Shown here: positions 26,584 through 36,247 of the stretch, piece by piece
Position numbering within the stretch: the first letter of the stretch is position 1
Layout of the letters: every line of letters begins with the position of its first letter
Origin: a virus
Lineage: Duplodnaviria > Caudoviricetes
Reading direction: 5' to 3' (one strand)
DNA: 51,275 nt
Virus record (IMG/VR): IMGVR_UViG_3300048574_000532
Location: 1 to 51,275 of that record
Translations under genes and position numbers: made by a program
The notes under the pieces: generated by a model
Seen by the model: only the letters and a program-made list of their open reading frames with translations
Databases searched by the model: none
Told to the model about the DNA's origin: nothing

Positions 26584-28508
26584 TTATCGACAAGCAAGGC
26601 GAGTCCCGGCAAGCACAGCACCGCGTTTCCCTGCGGGAAGCCAATTATCCTTACACCTACCCCGAAGGCCTCGATCTCAAGCCGGGTTCGCCGACGCACG
26701 ACCGCTTGCGCGACGAGATCATGCGGCGGCTCCGCGACTCCAAAGACCGGATGACCACCCGCCACTCCACGTGGCGGGACCTCGAATGGACCTTGAAGGC
26801 TTACATCCCTCTTGACGCCGAGGAGGAACGGCGCCGCGAGCGGGATTCGAGGAAGCCGGTCTCGATTGTGGTGCCGGTCTCTTGGGCGACGCGGGAAACG
26901 ATTTGCACGTACCTCTTGGCCTCGTTCACGGCCGAGAGCCCGATGATTCAGTACGAGGGCCGGGGACCCGAGGACGTGTTTTCGGTGGCGCTCCTGGAAC
27001 TCCTCGTGGATTACCAGCGCCAACGCAAGAAATGGGAATTGGCACTCCTCACGCAATGGATGGATTCCCTCACCTACGGGTTCGGCGTGGTGACGCCCAC
27101 CTGGCGGCGCGAGATTGGATACCGCGTCCAACCGAAACCGCAAGGGGTGATGGACTTCCTTACGGGCCTCTTCATGGAGACCGGAGAGCCCGAGAAGGAA
27201 CTCGTGGAGTACGTTTCGTTTGAGGGACACCGGCTCGATGCGATTGACCCGTGGCTGTACTTCCCGGACCCCCACGCCCCGGCGCATCTGCCCGAGGACA
27301 TGGAATACGTCGGCTGGCTGGTGCCCACGAACGCGATGGCGCTCTTGGCCGAGGAAAAGAACACGGGCTCGCTGTTCAATGGCCTCTACGTGAAGCACCT
27401 CGGGGATGCGCGCTCCCACGCGCTGCGTTCCGGGGACCGCGACCCGGCCGAACCCCGGCAATCGGGCAATCCGGTCGATGTGGCGTGGATGTACTGGAAC
27501 CTTATCCCGAGCGAATACGGCCTGGGCGACTCCATTTACCCCGAGCCTTGGATATTTGCCCTGGCCGGCGACGAGGTACTGGTCCAAGCGCGGCGCCTGA
27601 AGCTCGCGCACAACCGCTTCCCGGTGACGGTGTGCTGTCCCGATACGGACGGCCGCACGGCGGTACCCACGTCTCGCCTCGAAGTCGGATACGGCTTGCA
27701 GCACGTGACGAACTGGCTCATCAACAACCACGTGGCAAATCTTACGAAAAGCACCAACAACGTCTACGTGTTCGACCCTTCGATTATCAACGCAGCGGCG
27801 ATGCAGGCGGCTTCCGAGGCCGGTGGGCTCATCCCCACGCGGCGCTCGACCTGGGGACGCCCCATCAAAGACGGAATCATGCAGTTGCCCGTAAACGACG
27901 TGACGGCGCGAAACGTCCAGGATGCGGACTACCTCATGCAGGTCATGAACCGCGTGACCGGAGCCACGGACATCGTGCAAGGCATGATGCGCGAAGGAGG
28001 CGAGCGGCGCAGCGCCCTCGAAGCCCGAGGGGCGCGTAGCGCGGCCCTCTCCCGGCTCGAAAAGACGGCCAAGATGATTTCCATCCAGTCCATGCGAGAC
28101 CTCGGGTACATCGTGGGCTCGCAAACGCAGCAATTCATGAGCGAAGGGGTGGCGCTTCAAGTGCTGGGGCGCACGGCCGAGAAGCTCGCCCGGGAGCGGG
28201 GTATCCTGCCGGGAAGCTATATCAACGTCGATCCCTTTGCGGTGCTGTGCGATTTCGATGTAATCGTGCGCGACGGCACCATCCCCAACCCCGACAATGC
28301 GGACACCCTGCTTCGCATGTTCGAGATCATTTCCAGCAGTCCGGCCGCGGTCAACTGGCGGCTCAATGAAATCATCCTGGCTATTGCCCGCGAATCCGGC
28401 ATCAAGGACTTCGATGCCTTCGAAGTGCAAACAACCGTGATGGACGATGCGGCCTTACAGGCGCAAGTACAGGCGGGCAACATGCGGCCCGTGGAACAGG
28501 CGGCGTAA
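26574..28508 (+). CDS. Portal protein (P22/podovirus-like)
   Basis: ~644 aa directly after TerL; YGFGV, YFPDP, TGATDIVQG...RSALEA pattern; GGAGG RBS. Confidence 0.8.
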   Translation: MPVIIDKQGESRQAQHRVSLREANYPYTYPEGLDLKPGSPTHDRLRDEIMRRLRDSKDRMTTRHSTWRDLEWTLKAYIPLDAEEERRRERDSRKPVSIVVPVSWATRETICTYLLASFTAESPMIQYEGRGPEDVFSVALLELLVDYQRQRKKWELALLTQWMDSLTYGFGVVTPTWRREIGYRVQPKPQGVMDFLTGLFMETGEPEKELVEYVSFEGHRLDAIDPWLYFPDPHAPAHLPEDMEYVGWLVPTNAMALLAEEKNTGSLFNGLYVKHLGDARSHALRSGDRDPAEPRQSGNPVDVAWMYWNLIPSEYGLGDSIYPEPWIFALAGDEVLVQARRLKLAHNRFPVTVCCPDTDGRTAVPTSRLEVGYGLQHVTNWLINNHVANLTKSTNNVYVFDPSIINAAAMQAASEAGGLIPTRRSTWGRPIKDGIMQLPVNDVTARNVQDADYLMQVMNRVTGATDIVQGMMREGGERRSALEARGARSAALSRLEKTAKMISIQSMRDLGYIVGSQTQQFMSEGVALQVLGRTAEKLARERGILPGSYINVDPFAVLCDFDVIVRDGTIPNPDNADTLLRMFEIISSSPAAVNWRLNEIILAIARESGIKDFDAFEVQTTVMDDAALQAQVQAGNMRPVEQAA

Positions 28509-28777
28509 TGGACGAAAGACCCCTTGCCGAGCTCATCGAGGCGATGCGGCGCTCCAAGGCCTGGCGCCACGTCGAACAGGACATTCGCGAGCGTCGCGAC
28601 GTGGAACTCGAGAAGCTCTTGCACGACACGGACGACTACCCGAGCGTTTGCCACGTGCGCGGCTTCCTCGCGGCGCTGACGTGGCTGTGCGACGAACTGA
28701 TTCCCGGCTTGATAGCCGACGCACCGGCCATCGAGCTTGAAGAGACACAAACGCAAGAAACACCGGAGACCGAGTAA
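28508..28777 (+). CDS. Small conserved phage protein following the portal
   Basis: TAATG coupling; typical portal-scaffold spacer gene. Confidence 0.65.
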   Translation: MDERPLAELIEAMRRSKAWRHVEQDIRERRDVELEKLLHDTDDYPSVCHVRGFLAALTWLCDELIPGLIADAPAIELEETQTQETPETE

Positions 28778-28857
28778 CCGAAGACCGTACAGAACTGCCG
28801 TAGGGGCTGATCACCCCGAAGCGAGGCACAGGACTCGCACGGCAGATCGCCACCTGT

Positions 28858-28901
28858 GGGGCGAGAACGAGCACGCCGCTCGTCTCTCGCCCCTTTTTTT
28901 T
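28858..28901 (+). terminator. Intrinsic terminator/attenuator inside the late operon
   Basis: GGGGCGAGAACGAGC-ACGCC-GCTCGTCTCTCGCCCC stem with one bulge, followed by T8. Confidence 0.75.
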
Positions 28902-28923
28902 GAACCACACGGAGGAACGAACG

Positions 28924-29847
28924 ATGCCCGATGCGATTACGACCCTCTCCCCCGCCGACCCCGCGGCGCCGCCGCCCGTGCCCCCGAGGAGGGCTGCGGC
29001 CCGCGACGGCGCGGAATCCGATGACACCTCCTCGCTCGTGGAGTTCGCGCCCACCGACACCCCGCTTACGAGCGTGCCGACCTCGATGAGCGGCTTCGAG
29101 AACGAGACGGAAGACGCGGCGGACTTCATCGAAGACTCCCCCACACCCGCGCCCCAGACCGCCCCCGCGCCCGAGGGCGAGGACGACCTCGCGGGCCTCA
29201 TCGGCGAGGAGGAAATTCCGCCCGTGGCTCCCGATCCCCCGAGCATCGAGAGCCTCATGCAGGAAATCGAGCGCTTGAAGACCGGCCTTACGGAGCAGGC
29301 CGCGCCGCAAGCAGCGCCCCAGGCGGCTCCCGCGTCGAGCGAACCCGAGCCCGAGGTCTTCGTGACCGAAGAGCAGTACGACGAACTCCTGGGCTCCCAC
29401 GACAAGTTCAACGGGTTCCTTCGCGACTTCAAGCGCAAGACCCAAGTGGAATCGGTCCAGGCGGCGCACGCCGTGGTCATGCCGCAAGTCGCCCAGGTGG
29501 CCGCGGCCATTGCGGCGAACATCGTCTCAACGCACTCGACCGTCGAGAAGTTCTACGCGGCCAATCCCGACCTTGCGAACAACCGCGATTACGTAGGCCG
29601 CGTGTACCAAACCCTCTTGAGCAAGTTCCCCGATCTGCCCGTCGAGAAGCTCGTGGCCGCGACCGCCAAGGTTGCCAAACGGGGACTCGCGCGGGCGCAG
29701 CAAACCCAAACCACATCCACACCGGGACTGCGCGCGGCGCCGCCGAACGTGGTCCCGATGGCTCCGCCGACAGGGGCTCGCCCTGCGGTGGCACCCAGGC
29801 ATCAGCTTGACTCCCTCGCCGCTGAATTGGCCGCGGTCAGGCTGTGA
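28924..29847 (+). CDS. Capsid scaffolding protein
   Basis: Acidic Pro/Ala-rich N-terminus, FYAANPDL motif, position between portal and capsid; GGAGG RBS. Confidence 0.7.
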   Translation: MPDAITTLSPADPAAPPPVPPRRAAARDGAESDDTSSLVEFAPTDTPLTSVPTSMSGFENETEDAADFIEDSPTPAPQTAPAPEGEDDLAGLIGEEEIPPVAPDPPSIESLMQEIERLKTGLTEQAAPQAAPQAAPASSEPEPEVFVTEEQYDELLGSHDKFNGFLRDFKRKTQVESVQAAHAVVMPQVAQVAAAIAANIVSTHSTVEKFYAANPDLANNRDYVGRVYQTLLSKFPDLPVEKLVAATAKVAKRGLARAQQTQTTSTPGLRAAPPNVVPMAPPTGARPAVAPRHQLDSLAAELAAVRL

Positions 29848-29874
29848 AACGCAAATCCAAGGAGGTGAAGACAG

Positions 29875-30273
29875 ATGCGTAAAGACAACGCGTACGAGCG
29901 GAACACGGTGAACCTGAAAGAGCTCGCGCAAATCGCCGCCACCGGCGAGGCCAAGAGCGAAACGATTCCCGTCAATGCGGACGTGGTGCTGGCACCGCTC
30001 CCGGCCAAGGCCGCGACCGCGCACACGGCCGTGCTTCCGAACGTGAGCGAAGCGGCCGGCAAGTTCGTGTCCGTGCATGCGGTGCTCGACGAGAACGAAC
30101 ACGCCGCGGCGGGCGCCGGTGCCTCCGTGGTCGTGAAGGTGGGCGCGGACAGCCTCACGCAGGGAACCAATGGAGTACTTGCGACCTATCGGGCCGCGGG
30201 CGACCACGGGCTCTTCTACTGCGACGGCATGGGCTGGTTTGAGCTCGCCACCAAAGAAACGCCCGCCGGCTAA
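29875..30273 (+). CDS. Probable capsid decoration/auxiliary protein
   Basis: AAGGAGGT RBS; VLPNVSEAAGK...LFYCDGMGW; directly upstream of the major capsid gene. Confidence 0.55.
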   Translation: MRKDNAYERNTVNLKELAQIAATGEAKSETIPVNADVVLAPLPAKAATAHTAVLPNVSEAAGKFVSVHAVLDENEHAAAGAGASVVVKVGADSLTQGTNGVLATYRAAGDHGLFYCDGMGWFELATKETPAG

Positions 30274-30347
30274 TCCCTTCGACTTCGAGTGTCGCGTTGC
30301 GGAGCGCGGCCCTCGGTAAAGCCTCTGCGGAAAAGGAGAAACGCAAG

Positions 30348-31676
30348 ATGCCTAAGCTCTGGATGGGCATGGAAGGGGTGGGTCGCTTCGACGACACCCC
30401 CGAGCATCGCCCGCAAAACTGGAGGCAAAAGGTCCTCCAGGAAGACCCCAACGGGGACGCCCCCATCACGGCGATCTTGAGCAAGCTCAAGAACGAAGTG
30501 ACCGACGACTACCAGTACAACTGGTTCGAGAAGGAATTCCCCGAACAAGGCGGCGACGTGGACGGCATTTACCTCAATGCCGCCCTCACCACCGCGTATT
30601 CCGATGCCGTTCCGGCCAACACCATCGTGTATGCGAAGGTGGACGCGGATACGGCGGGCCTGTTCGTGCCGGGCGCCGCGGGCTTGCTGCGCTGCGGTAC
30701 GGACTTCACCGCGGACCTCGTGGGCAAGGTCGTGGACGTGGTGAAGAACGGTTCGCGCTCCTACCTCGCCATTCGCCTGCTGCGCGCGGACGGGCAAGGG
30801 AACAGCACGCTGACCACGTGCGACTACCTGATGCGCGTCGGGTCCATCTTCGGGGAAGGAGCGAAGTCGCCCTCTCCCATTTCGCGCGAATCCATGCGGA
30901 AGTTCAACTACACGCAGACCTTCCGCACAGCGCTCGAAATCACCGGGCGCATGCTCAACACCACCTTCCGCACCGGGGACAAGTACCAGGAACGGAAGGG
31001 CGACTCCCTCAAGGACCACATGCGGGACATCGAATGGGGTCTCGGGTTCGGCGAAATGTCGGACATCGTGAACGAGGAAGGCCAGCACGAGACCACGACC
31101 AAGGGTATTCGTGCGTTCATCCGCGATTACGCCCCCGACAACCTGCTCGACTTCACGACACAGGCGGAAACCCTCTTCAAGGGCAAGACCTGGCTCGAAG
31201 CCGGCGACGCCTTCTTCGAGAAGGTGATGGAGCAGGTGACGGGGATCGGTCCCGAGGAGCGCCTTGTCATCGGCGGGAACGGGGTCTTGGCGGGCTTGAA
31301 CGCGCTTGCCCGCAACCGGGGCCAGTGGACCTACACCACGGAAACCCGCGCCTACGGCATCGCAGTCCGCGAGTACGTGACGCCCTTCGGGCGCTTCGAC
31401 TTCATGCGGCACCCGCTGTTCAACAAGGTGCCGAGTTTGAAGAACGCAGCGTTCGTGTTGTATCCGGGCTTCCTGCGCTATCGGTTCCACAAGGGCCGCG
31501 ATACCCACTTCAAGCGCGACCCGAACAATCCGTTCCTCACCAAGAACAAGCTCTCCGGGCCGGTGGACATTGACGGTATCCACGAGGAATACCTCACCGA
31601 CTGCGGCCTGGAGCTCTGGCACCCCGAGTGCCACGCCTTCATCAGCGGGATCGGGCAGAAGAACACACAGAACTGA
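30348..31676 (+). CDS. Major capsid protein (SU10/DUF5309-like HK97 fold)
   Basis: YNWFE, GSIFGEGA, FNYTQTFRT, HMRDIEWGLGFG, TTKGI, TPFG, EYLTDCGLE; AAGGAG RBS. Confidence 0.85.
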   Translation: MPKLWMGMEGVGRFDDTPEHRPQNWRQKVLQEDPNGDAPITAILSKLKNEVTDDYQYNWFEKEFPEQGGDVDGIYLNAALTTAYSDAVPANTIVYAKVDADTAGLFVPGAAGLLRCGTDFTADLVGKVVDVVKNGSRSYLAIRLLRADGQGNSTLTTCDYLMRVGSIFGEGAKSPSPISRESMRKFNYTQTFRTALEITGRMLNTTFRTGDKYQERKGDSLKDHMRDIEWGLGFGEMSDIVNEEGQHETTTKGIRAFIRDYAPDNLLDFTTQAETLFKGKTWLEAGDAFFEKVMEQVTGIGPEERLVIGGNGVLAGLNALARNRGQWTYTTETRAYGIAVREYVTPFGRFDFMRHPLFNKVPSLKNAAFVLYPGFLRYRFHKGRDTHFKRDPNNPFLTKNKLSGPVDIDGIHEEYLTDCGLELWHPECHAFISGIGQKNTQN

Positions 31677-31685
31677 GGAGCGGCC

Positions 31686-32438
31686 GTGAACTGCAAGAAT
31701 CTGCGCATCGCGTTCGTGAAACGCACGGGCCGCTACGACCTCGTGGAAGACGGCGCCAATTGGGCGGACAAGGGAGCGAACGAGTACCTCAACCGAGGGC
31801 AGAAGCTCCTGGACTCCTTGATTGTCCTCCCGCACCACGAGCGCCGTTGGTTCAAGCGCCTTGCGGCGGGCGACTGGCAAGTCCGGTTTCCCTCGCTGTG
31901 CCGGACCGTGCGCGCGGTCGAAATGGCGGATTCGACGCAGAAATGGCCCCTCGATCTCGTGTCGATGGAGGAACTCCGAAGAACCTACGCGGCGGGGGAT
32001 TTCTCGGCGGTAACGCCGGGCACCCCCGCCGTATTCACCCCCTCGGACGGGGCCATCAATTCCACCCAAGCGGGCTGGACCGCCCAAAACTTCGCGGGCA
32101 TGCACGATTGGGAAGACGTGCAGTACAGCTTGGGCGAGGGAGCCAACGCCTACGAGGGCATTGTCTGGATGCCCCCCTGCGCGGCGGACGGTCTCACGGT
32201 TTCGGTGTGGGGCCTGTGGTACACGTCCGACCTCGTGAACGACGAGGACAAGACGTGGTGGAGCATCAACGAGCCGGATCTGACGCTTCGCGCGGCCACG
32301 GCGGAAATGGAAGCCGACCTGCGCAATTCCGAGGGCTACAACGACGCCGTAAACGCGATGCAACCGAAGTTGAAACAACTCGACTTCGACCAAGCCTACC
32401 GGGAATCGCTTCGACACGGCAGCAAGATTCGGGGGTGA
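31686..32438 (+). CDS. Head-tail adaptor (tail tubular A-like)
   Basis: Follows the capsid gene; YLNRGQKLLD, WWSINEPDL motifs; GAGGAG RBS. Confidence 0.6.
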   Translation: MNCKNLRIAFVKRTGRYDLVEDGANWADKGANEYLNRGQKLLDSLIVLPHHERRWFKRLAAGDWQVRFPSLCRTVRAVEMADSTQKWPLDLVSMEELRRTYAAGDFSAVTPGTPAVFTPSDGAINSTQAGWTAQNFAGMHDWEDVQYSLGEGANAYEGIVWMPPCAADGLTVSVWGLWYTSDLVNDEDKTWWSINEPDLTLRAATAEMEADLRNSEGYNDAVNAMQPKLKQLDFDQAYRESLRHGSKIRG

Positions 32439-32439
32439 C

Positions 32440-32856
32440 ATGGCCAAGGTGAATTTTAAGGTAAAGAAGAAGCCCGTGGAAATGCCCGACCCTTCGGGCT
32501 TCGCGCGGGTGGCGCCGGTGCCGATTTCGCTCGAAGCGAGGCCCCAAGCGCTCTATTACTGCCGCATCGCGGGCTACCTCATGGACATCGGCGCCTACTT
32601 CCCCGTGGCGTGCACGGGCTCACTGGTGGTAACGCTTCGCGCCCCGAATGGCGTCGAAACCGAACACCGCTTCCCCGTGGAGCGCCGCGCATACCTCTCG
32701 CTGCTCGATTCGCTCGCCGTGGAAAAGAACACCGTCATCGCGGTCCGCGTGGAGTCCGACGATACGGCCGCGACCGCCGTGCTGAGCGCGTATTACGTGC
32801 CCCTGCGGGCCGTCAAGGTGGAAGGGTATGCCGAGCAATCGCCTGAGACTGTTTGA
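32440..32856 (+). CDS. Hypothetical virion protein
   Basis: Operonic ORF with GGGGTG RBS. Confidence 0.6.
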   Translation: MAKVNFKVKKKPVEMPDPSGFARVAPVPISLEARPQALYYCRIAGYLMDIGAYFPVACTGSLVVTLRAPNGVETEHRFPVERRAYLSLLDSLAVEKNTVIAVRVESDDTAATAVLSAYYVPLRAVKVEGYAEQSPETV

Positions 32857-34321
32857 GGACAGCCTCGGCCGAGGCTTGAGCCCTCTTCCCCACACCCCGG
32901 TCAACGCCCCGGTGTTGAGCGAGGGCTACGGCTTTCGTCCGCTTGGAGAAACGGCGCATGCCTACGTGCCGGTGCAGGCCCTTGGCGGCGCCCAGGCGCT
33001 CGATTGGCCGTTCCCACAACTCCACGCGGGGCAATCGCAGTATTTCGCCTTCGACCGCACAACGGTTCGCCTCGTGACGCCCGGCAGCGCGGGTTTTGTC
33101 ACGGTGCCGACCTACGACGCCCGCAACCCGAGCATGCCGAAGGCCATTCCCGCGGGCGGGCCGTGGCACGTCGCGGATTGGGGCACGTTCTACATGGCGA
33201 CGAACGGCGCGTGCCTCGTGTACCTGTCGTATCCCTACTCCAAGGTGCTCGTCGAGACGCAGTGCTACCCGAAGACCCTGTGCGCCTTTCGCGACCGTTC
33301 GATGTTTGGGAACATCGTCGGGTATCAGGCGGAATGGAGCTCGTTCTGGCACACGTGGCTCGATGCCGATATGCCTTTGGCCTTCGGCTCGGGCATGCCC
33401 AACCTGTATCCGAACTCCGTGGCGTGGGGCTCCATCGAAGGCGGGGATGCGCTCCTGTGGTTTCGGCGCGACCTTGCGGAAACGGGCTACCTCGCGGGGG
33501 TAAACAACGCCGCAAAGCCGCAATGGTTGGAAAAGCTCCGTCAGAACCAGGTCGGCTACGAGGACATGCCCTGGACGGGCGAAGTGCTGTGCGTGAAGGC
33601 CCTCGACAATGCCGTCGTGGTCTACGGCACGCGCTACGTCTCGATTCTGATGCCCGTCAACGTGAGCTACCCCACCTTCGGCCGGCGCGATCTCGCCCCC
33701 ATCGGACTTGCGGGGCGCGCGGCCGTGGCCGGTGACGAGACCGGGCATGTGTTCGTATCGAGCGACGGGATCTTGTACCGCGTGTCTGGCGAGGGACAAA
33801 TCGAACGGATCGAATACGGGGCGCAATTCGCGGGCATTGCCGCGCAAGACCCCGTGGTGACCTACGACCCCTACCGGGGCGAGTATCGAATCTCGGCGCG
33901 GGACCGCGCTTACCTCTTGACGCCGGCAGGGCTTGTGGAATGCCCTGAGCGAACCGTTGCGTGTGTGCCTTTCGCGGGAGCCTTGTACGGACGCGGCGAA
34001 GCCGTTTCTGGACGCATGGGCTTCAAGGCGGTCTCGTGGCCAACGGACCTCGGCACTCGCGGATTGAAGAACCTCACGGGCATAGAACTCGGGGCGCGCA
34101 ATCCGCAAGAGATCTCCGTTGCCCTCGAATACCGCAATGACCTCAACGGCCCGTGGAAGACGGCTCCGTACATTGCGCTCACCCGCGAAGGTTACGGCGG
34201 GGTCCACGTAACCGCCGTCGAGTTCCGCGTGACCGTCGCGGCCGATGCCTTCCCCGACTTCGATTACGTGGACCTCTATTGGAACGCGGGCGGCAAGGCG
34301 CATTTCGGGAGCCTGGCATGA
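32828..34321 (+). CDS. Tail nozzle/stabilisation-like protein, paralog 1
   Basis: Beta-rich, podovirus tail position; shares motifs with 34318-35799. Confidence 0.55.
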   Translation: MPSNRLRLFEDSLGRGLSPLPHTPVNAPVLSEGYGFRPLGETAHAYVPVQALGGAQALDWPFPQLHAGQSQYFAFDRTTVRLVTPGSAGFVTVPTYDARNPSMPKAIPAGGPWHVADWGTFYMATNGACLVYLSYPYSKVLVETQCYPKTLCAFRDRSMFGNIVGYQAEWSSFWHTWLDADMPLAFGSGMPNLYPNSVAWGSIEGGDALLWFRRDLAETGYLAGVNNAAKPQWLEKLRQNQVGYEDMPWTGEVLCVKALDNAVVVYGTRYVSILMPVNVSYPTFGRRDLAPIGLAGRAAVAGDETGHVFVSSDGILYRVSGEGQIERIEYGAQFAGIAAQDPVVTYDPYRGEYRISARDRAYLLTPAGLVECPERTVACVPFAGALYGRGEAVSGRMGFKAVSWPTDLGTRGLKNLTGIELGARNPQEISVALEYRNDLNGPWKTAPYIALTREGYGGVHVTAVEFRVTVAADAFPDFDYVDLYWNAGGKAHFGSLA

Positions 34322-35799
34322 GGGAGACCTTTGGAAGCATTCGCAAGGCCTTCACCTTGGGCCTGGAACCCGAGCCGGGCCTGAACGGCGCCGATTACCT
34401 TGTGAAGTGCCACAACGCCCGCGCGACGGAAATCGGTCTGCGTCCTCACGAGGTAATCGTCAATACGGCCAATTCGATGCCTCTGCCCCCTTCGTGGCCT
34501 TACCCGCGCCTGTGGCACTTCGGAAACGTCGCGCCCTACCTCTTCTACCGAGACAAAATCTACCGGGGCACAGGTGCTCTCGACGTTGCGGTTACGCAGC
34601 CGGGCGGCCCGTGGCACGTGGCCGAACTGGGCTATACCTGGATGGCCGCGAACGGCGCGAGTTTCGTGTACCACGTGCCGAGTGCAGGCAGCGCAGAGCT
34701 CACCGAAACCTTCGTACAGAGCGTGGCGGCGGTCGGGAACACCTACGTGCTGGGCGGACTCGACGGCACGCGGTTCCTGAATCCGGGAGTACAACGGGTA
34801 TTTGCCGCGTGGCGCGCAAACGCTCCCGACGTGACCGACAACCTCACCTTTCCCGATGCGTCGTGGCTCATGTGGTGGAGCGTGGGCGGGGGTGCTTCCG
34901 ACGAACCGTTTGCCGCCGAACTCGCGTTTATGGGGCGCGGCGACTTCTCACGCTACGAGCGGGTCCTCATGGACTACGCGACCTCGGGGCGCATCGGATT
35001 CGTTCCGACGCGCATGGGTTCGGTTCGCGCGATTTTGCCCTTGGGCAACGGCAACGCGGCTGTCTACTGCGCCTACGGCGTGGGCATTCTCGATTCGGTG
35101 TTTGGCGACGACGGGGTGAGCCGCTTCCGGTGGCGCCCCGTCCTGGGTATCGGCATAGGAGGCCGCTCTCATGTGGCTGGCAATCTTTCGGTGCATTATC
35201 TGGTGGACACTACCGGCCGCGCGTGGGCACTCTCGGGCGACGGCGCAAAACCCTTGGGCTACGGCGCCTATCTGGGACCAATGGCGGCCAACGAAACGAA
35301 TGTACCGATGGTCGCCTCCTACGATCCGCAAGAGGCGGAAGCCTACTTTGCGGCGTACCCCACGGGCTGCTACGTCCTGCGAAACGGGCTTGCCCTCTCA
35401 TCCCGAGACGATTGCCCCACCGGCTTGAGCCGCAACGCGGCGGGTGTATTGCAGGGCTACGCCTTCGGCACGTACTCGCGCGCCTTCGAGGCAGTAAGCG
35501 GGCGGTTCGACTGCAACCAACCCGGCATGAAGTCCCTGCACGTGCTGCAAGCCTCGGCACAAGACGTATCGCAGCTCCAACTCGCGCTCGATTACCGCTA
35601 CGGCAACGAGACCGCTTGGCGGGCCTATCCTTGGCTCAACACGAGCCCGGAGGGTTCCGCCTATCCCACGACTACGGCCGTGGATTTTCGCGCCAAGCTC
35701 AAAGGGGAAATGGGGACCGATGGACGCATTGACTACGCCTATTATCGATACCAATTCGCAGATCGACGCGATACTCGCGGACTCTACGGGCAAGCCTGA
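34318..35799 (+). CDS. Tail nozzle/stabilisation-like protein, paralog 2
   Basis: ATGA coupling; GGPWHVA...MA.NGA motif shared with the upstream gene. Confidence 0.55.
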   Translation: MRETFGSIRKAFTLGLEPEPGLNGADYLVKCHNARATEIGLRPHEVIVNTANSMPLPPSWPYPRLWHFGNVAPYLFYRDKIYRGTGALDVAVTQPGGPWHVAELGYTWMAANGASFVYHVPSAGSAELTETFVQSVAAVGNTYVLGGLDGTRFLNPGVQRVFAAWRANAPDVTDNLTFPDASWLMWWSVGGGASDEPFAAELAFMGRGDFSRYERVLMDYATSGRIGFVPTRMGSVRAILPLGNGNAAVYCAYGVGILDSVFGDDGVSRFRWRPVLGIGIGGRSHVAGNLSVHYLVDTTGRAWALSGDGAKPLGYGAYLGPMAANETNVPMVASYDPQEAEAYFAAYPTGCYVLRNGLALSSRDDCPTGLSRNAAGVLQGYAFGTYSRAFEAVSGRFDCNQPGMKSLHVLQASAQDVSQLQLALDYRYGNETAWRAYPWLNTSPEGSAYPTTTAVDFRAKLKGEMGTDGRIDYAYYRYQFADRRDTRGLYGQA

Positions 35800-36244
35800 G
35801 TACAAGACCCTTCGCCTCGACGAATACCAGATTGCGCAGTGGTGGCCCGTGCTCGCGCAGACTATTGCGGCATCGGTGCCCCCGCCGTGGGATTCTTCGG
35901 GCTACATCACCCCGCGCGTCTTCCAAGAACTTCAGGCGGGGAAGATGCAGGCGTGGATCATGGTCGCGGATCGGGAACCCAAACCCGAGGTCTGCATGAT
36001 TGCGACGACCCGCTGGGGCCAGGACGCCGTGACGGGCGAGAAGCACTTGGTCCTCTTCTCGCTCTACGGCTACGAGCCGGTGGGAAGCGAAGTGCTAGAA
36101 GACGCATTTCAGACCCTTGCGCGCTTTGCCCGCGGCGGCGGCGCCTCGCGCATCCTTGCCTACACCTGCAATGCCCGCGTCGTGGAACTGGCCGACCGGA
36201 CCGGCGCCGATACCGCGTGGCGCTTTCTCCATTGGAGGGTCTAA
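35720..36244 (+). CDS. Hypothetical protein, possibly a GNAT-like virion protein
   Basis: LQAGKMQAW...LVLFSLYG...FARGGGASRILAYT pattern, at the position before the ejection genes. Confidence 0.5.
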   Translation: MDALTTPIIDTNSQIDAILADSTGKPEYKTLRLDEYQIAQWWPVLAQTIAASVPPPWDSSGYITPRVFQELQAGKMQAWIMVADREPKPEVCMIATTRWGQDAVTGEKHLVLFSLYGYEPVGSEVLEDAFQTLARFARGGGASRILAYTCNARVVELADRTGADTAWRFLHWRV

Positions 36245-36247
36245 TCC

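Noticed and set aside
28803-28825. Hammerhead ribozyme (CTGATCA...CGAA resembles CUGAUGA...GAAA)
   Set aside because: The core has mismatches, there is no stem II between the motifs, and GAAA is incomplete.
30270-32447. Long minus-strand ORFs (also 5120-6541, 26493-28430, 32813-34303, 42346-43989, 44068-45900)
   Set aside because: Typical high-GC shadow frames of well-supported plus-strand genes, with no motifs, RBS or promoter, unlike 41106-41378.
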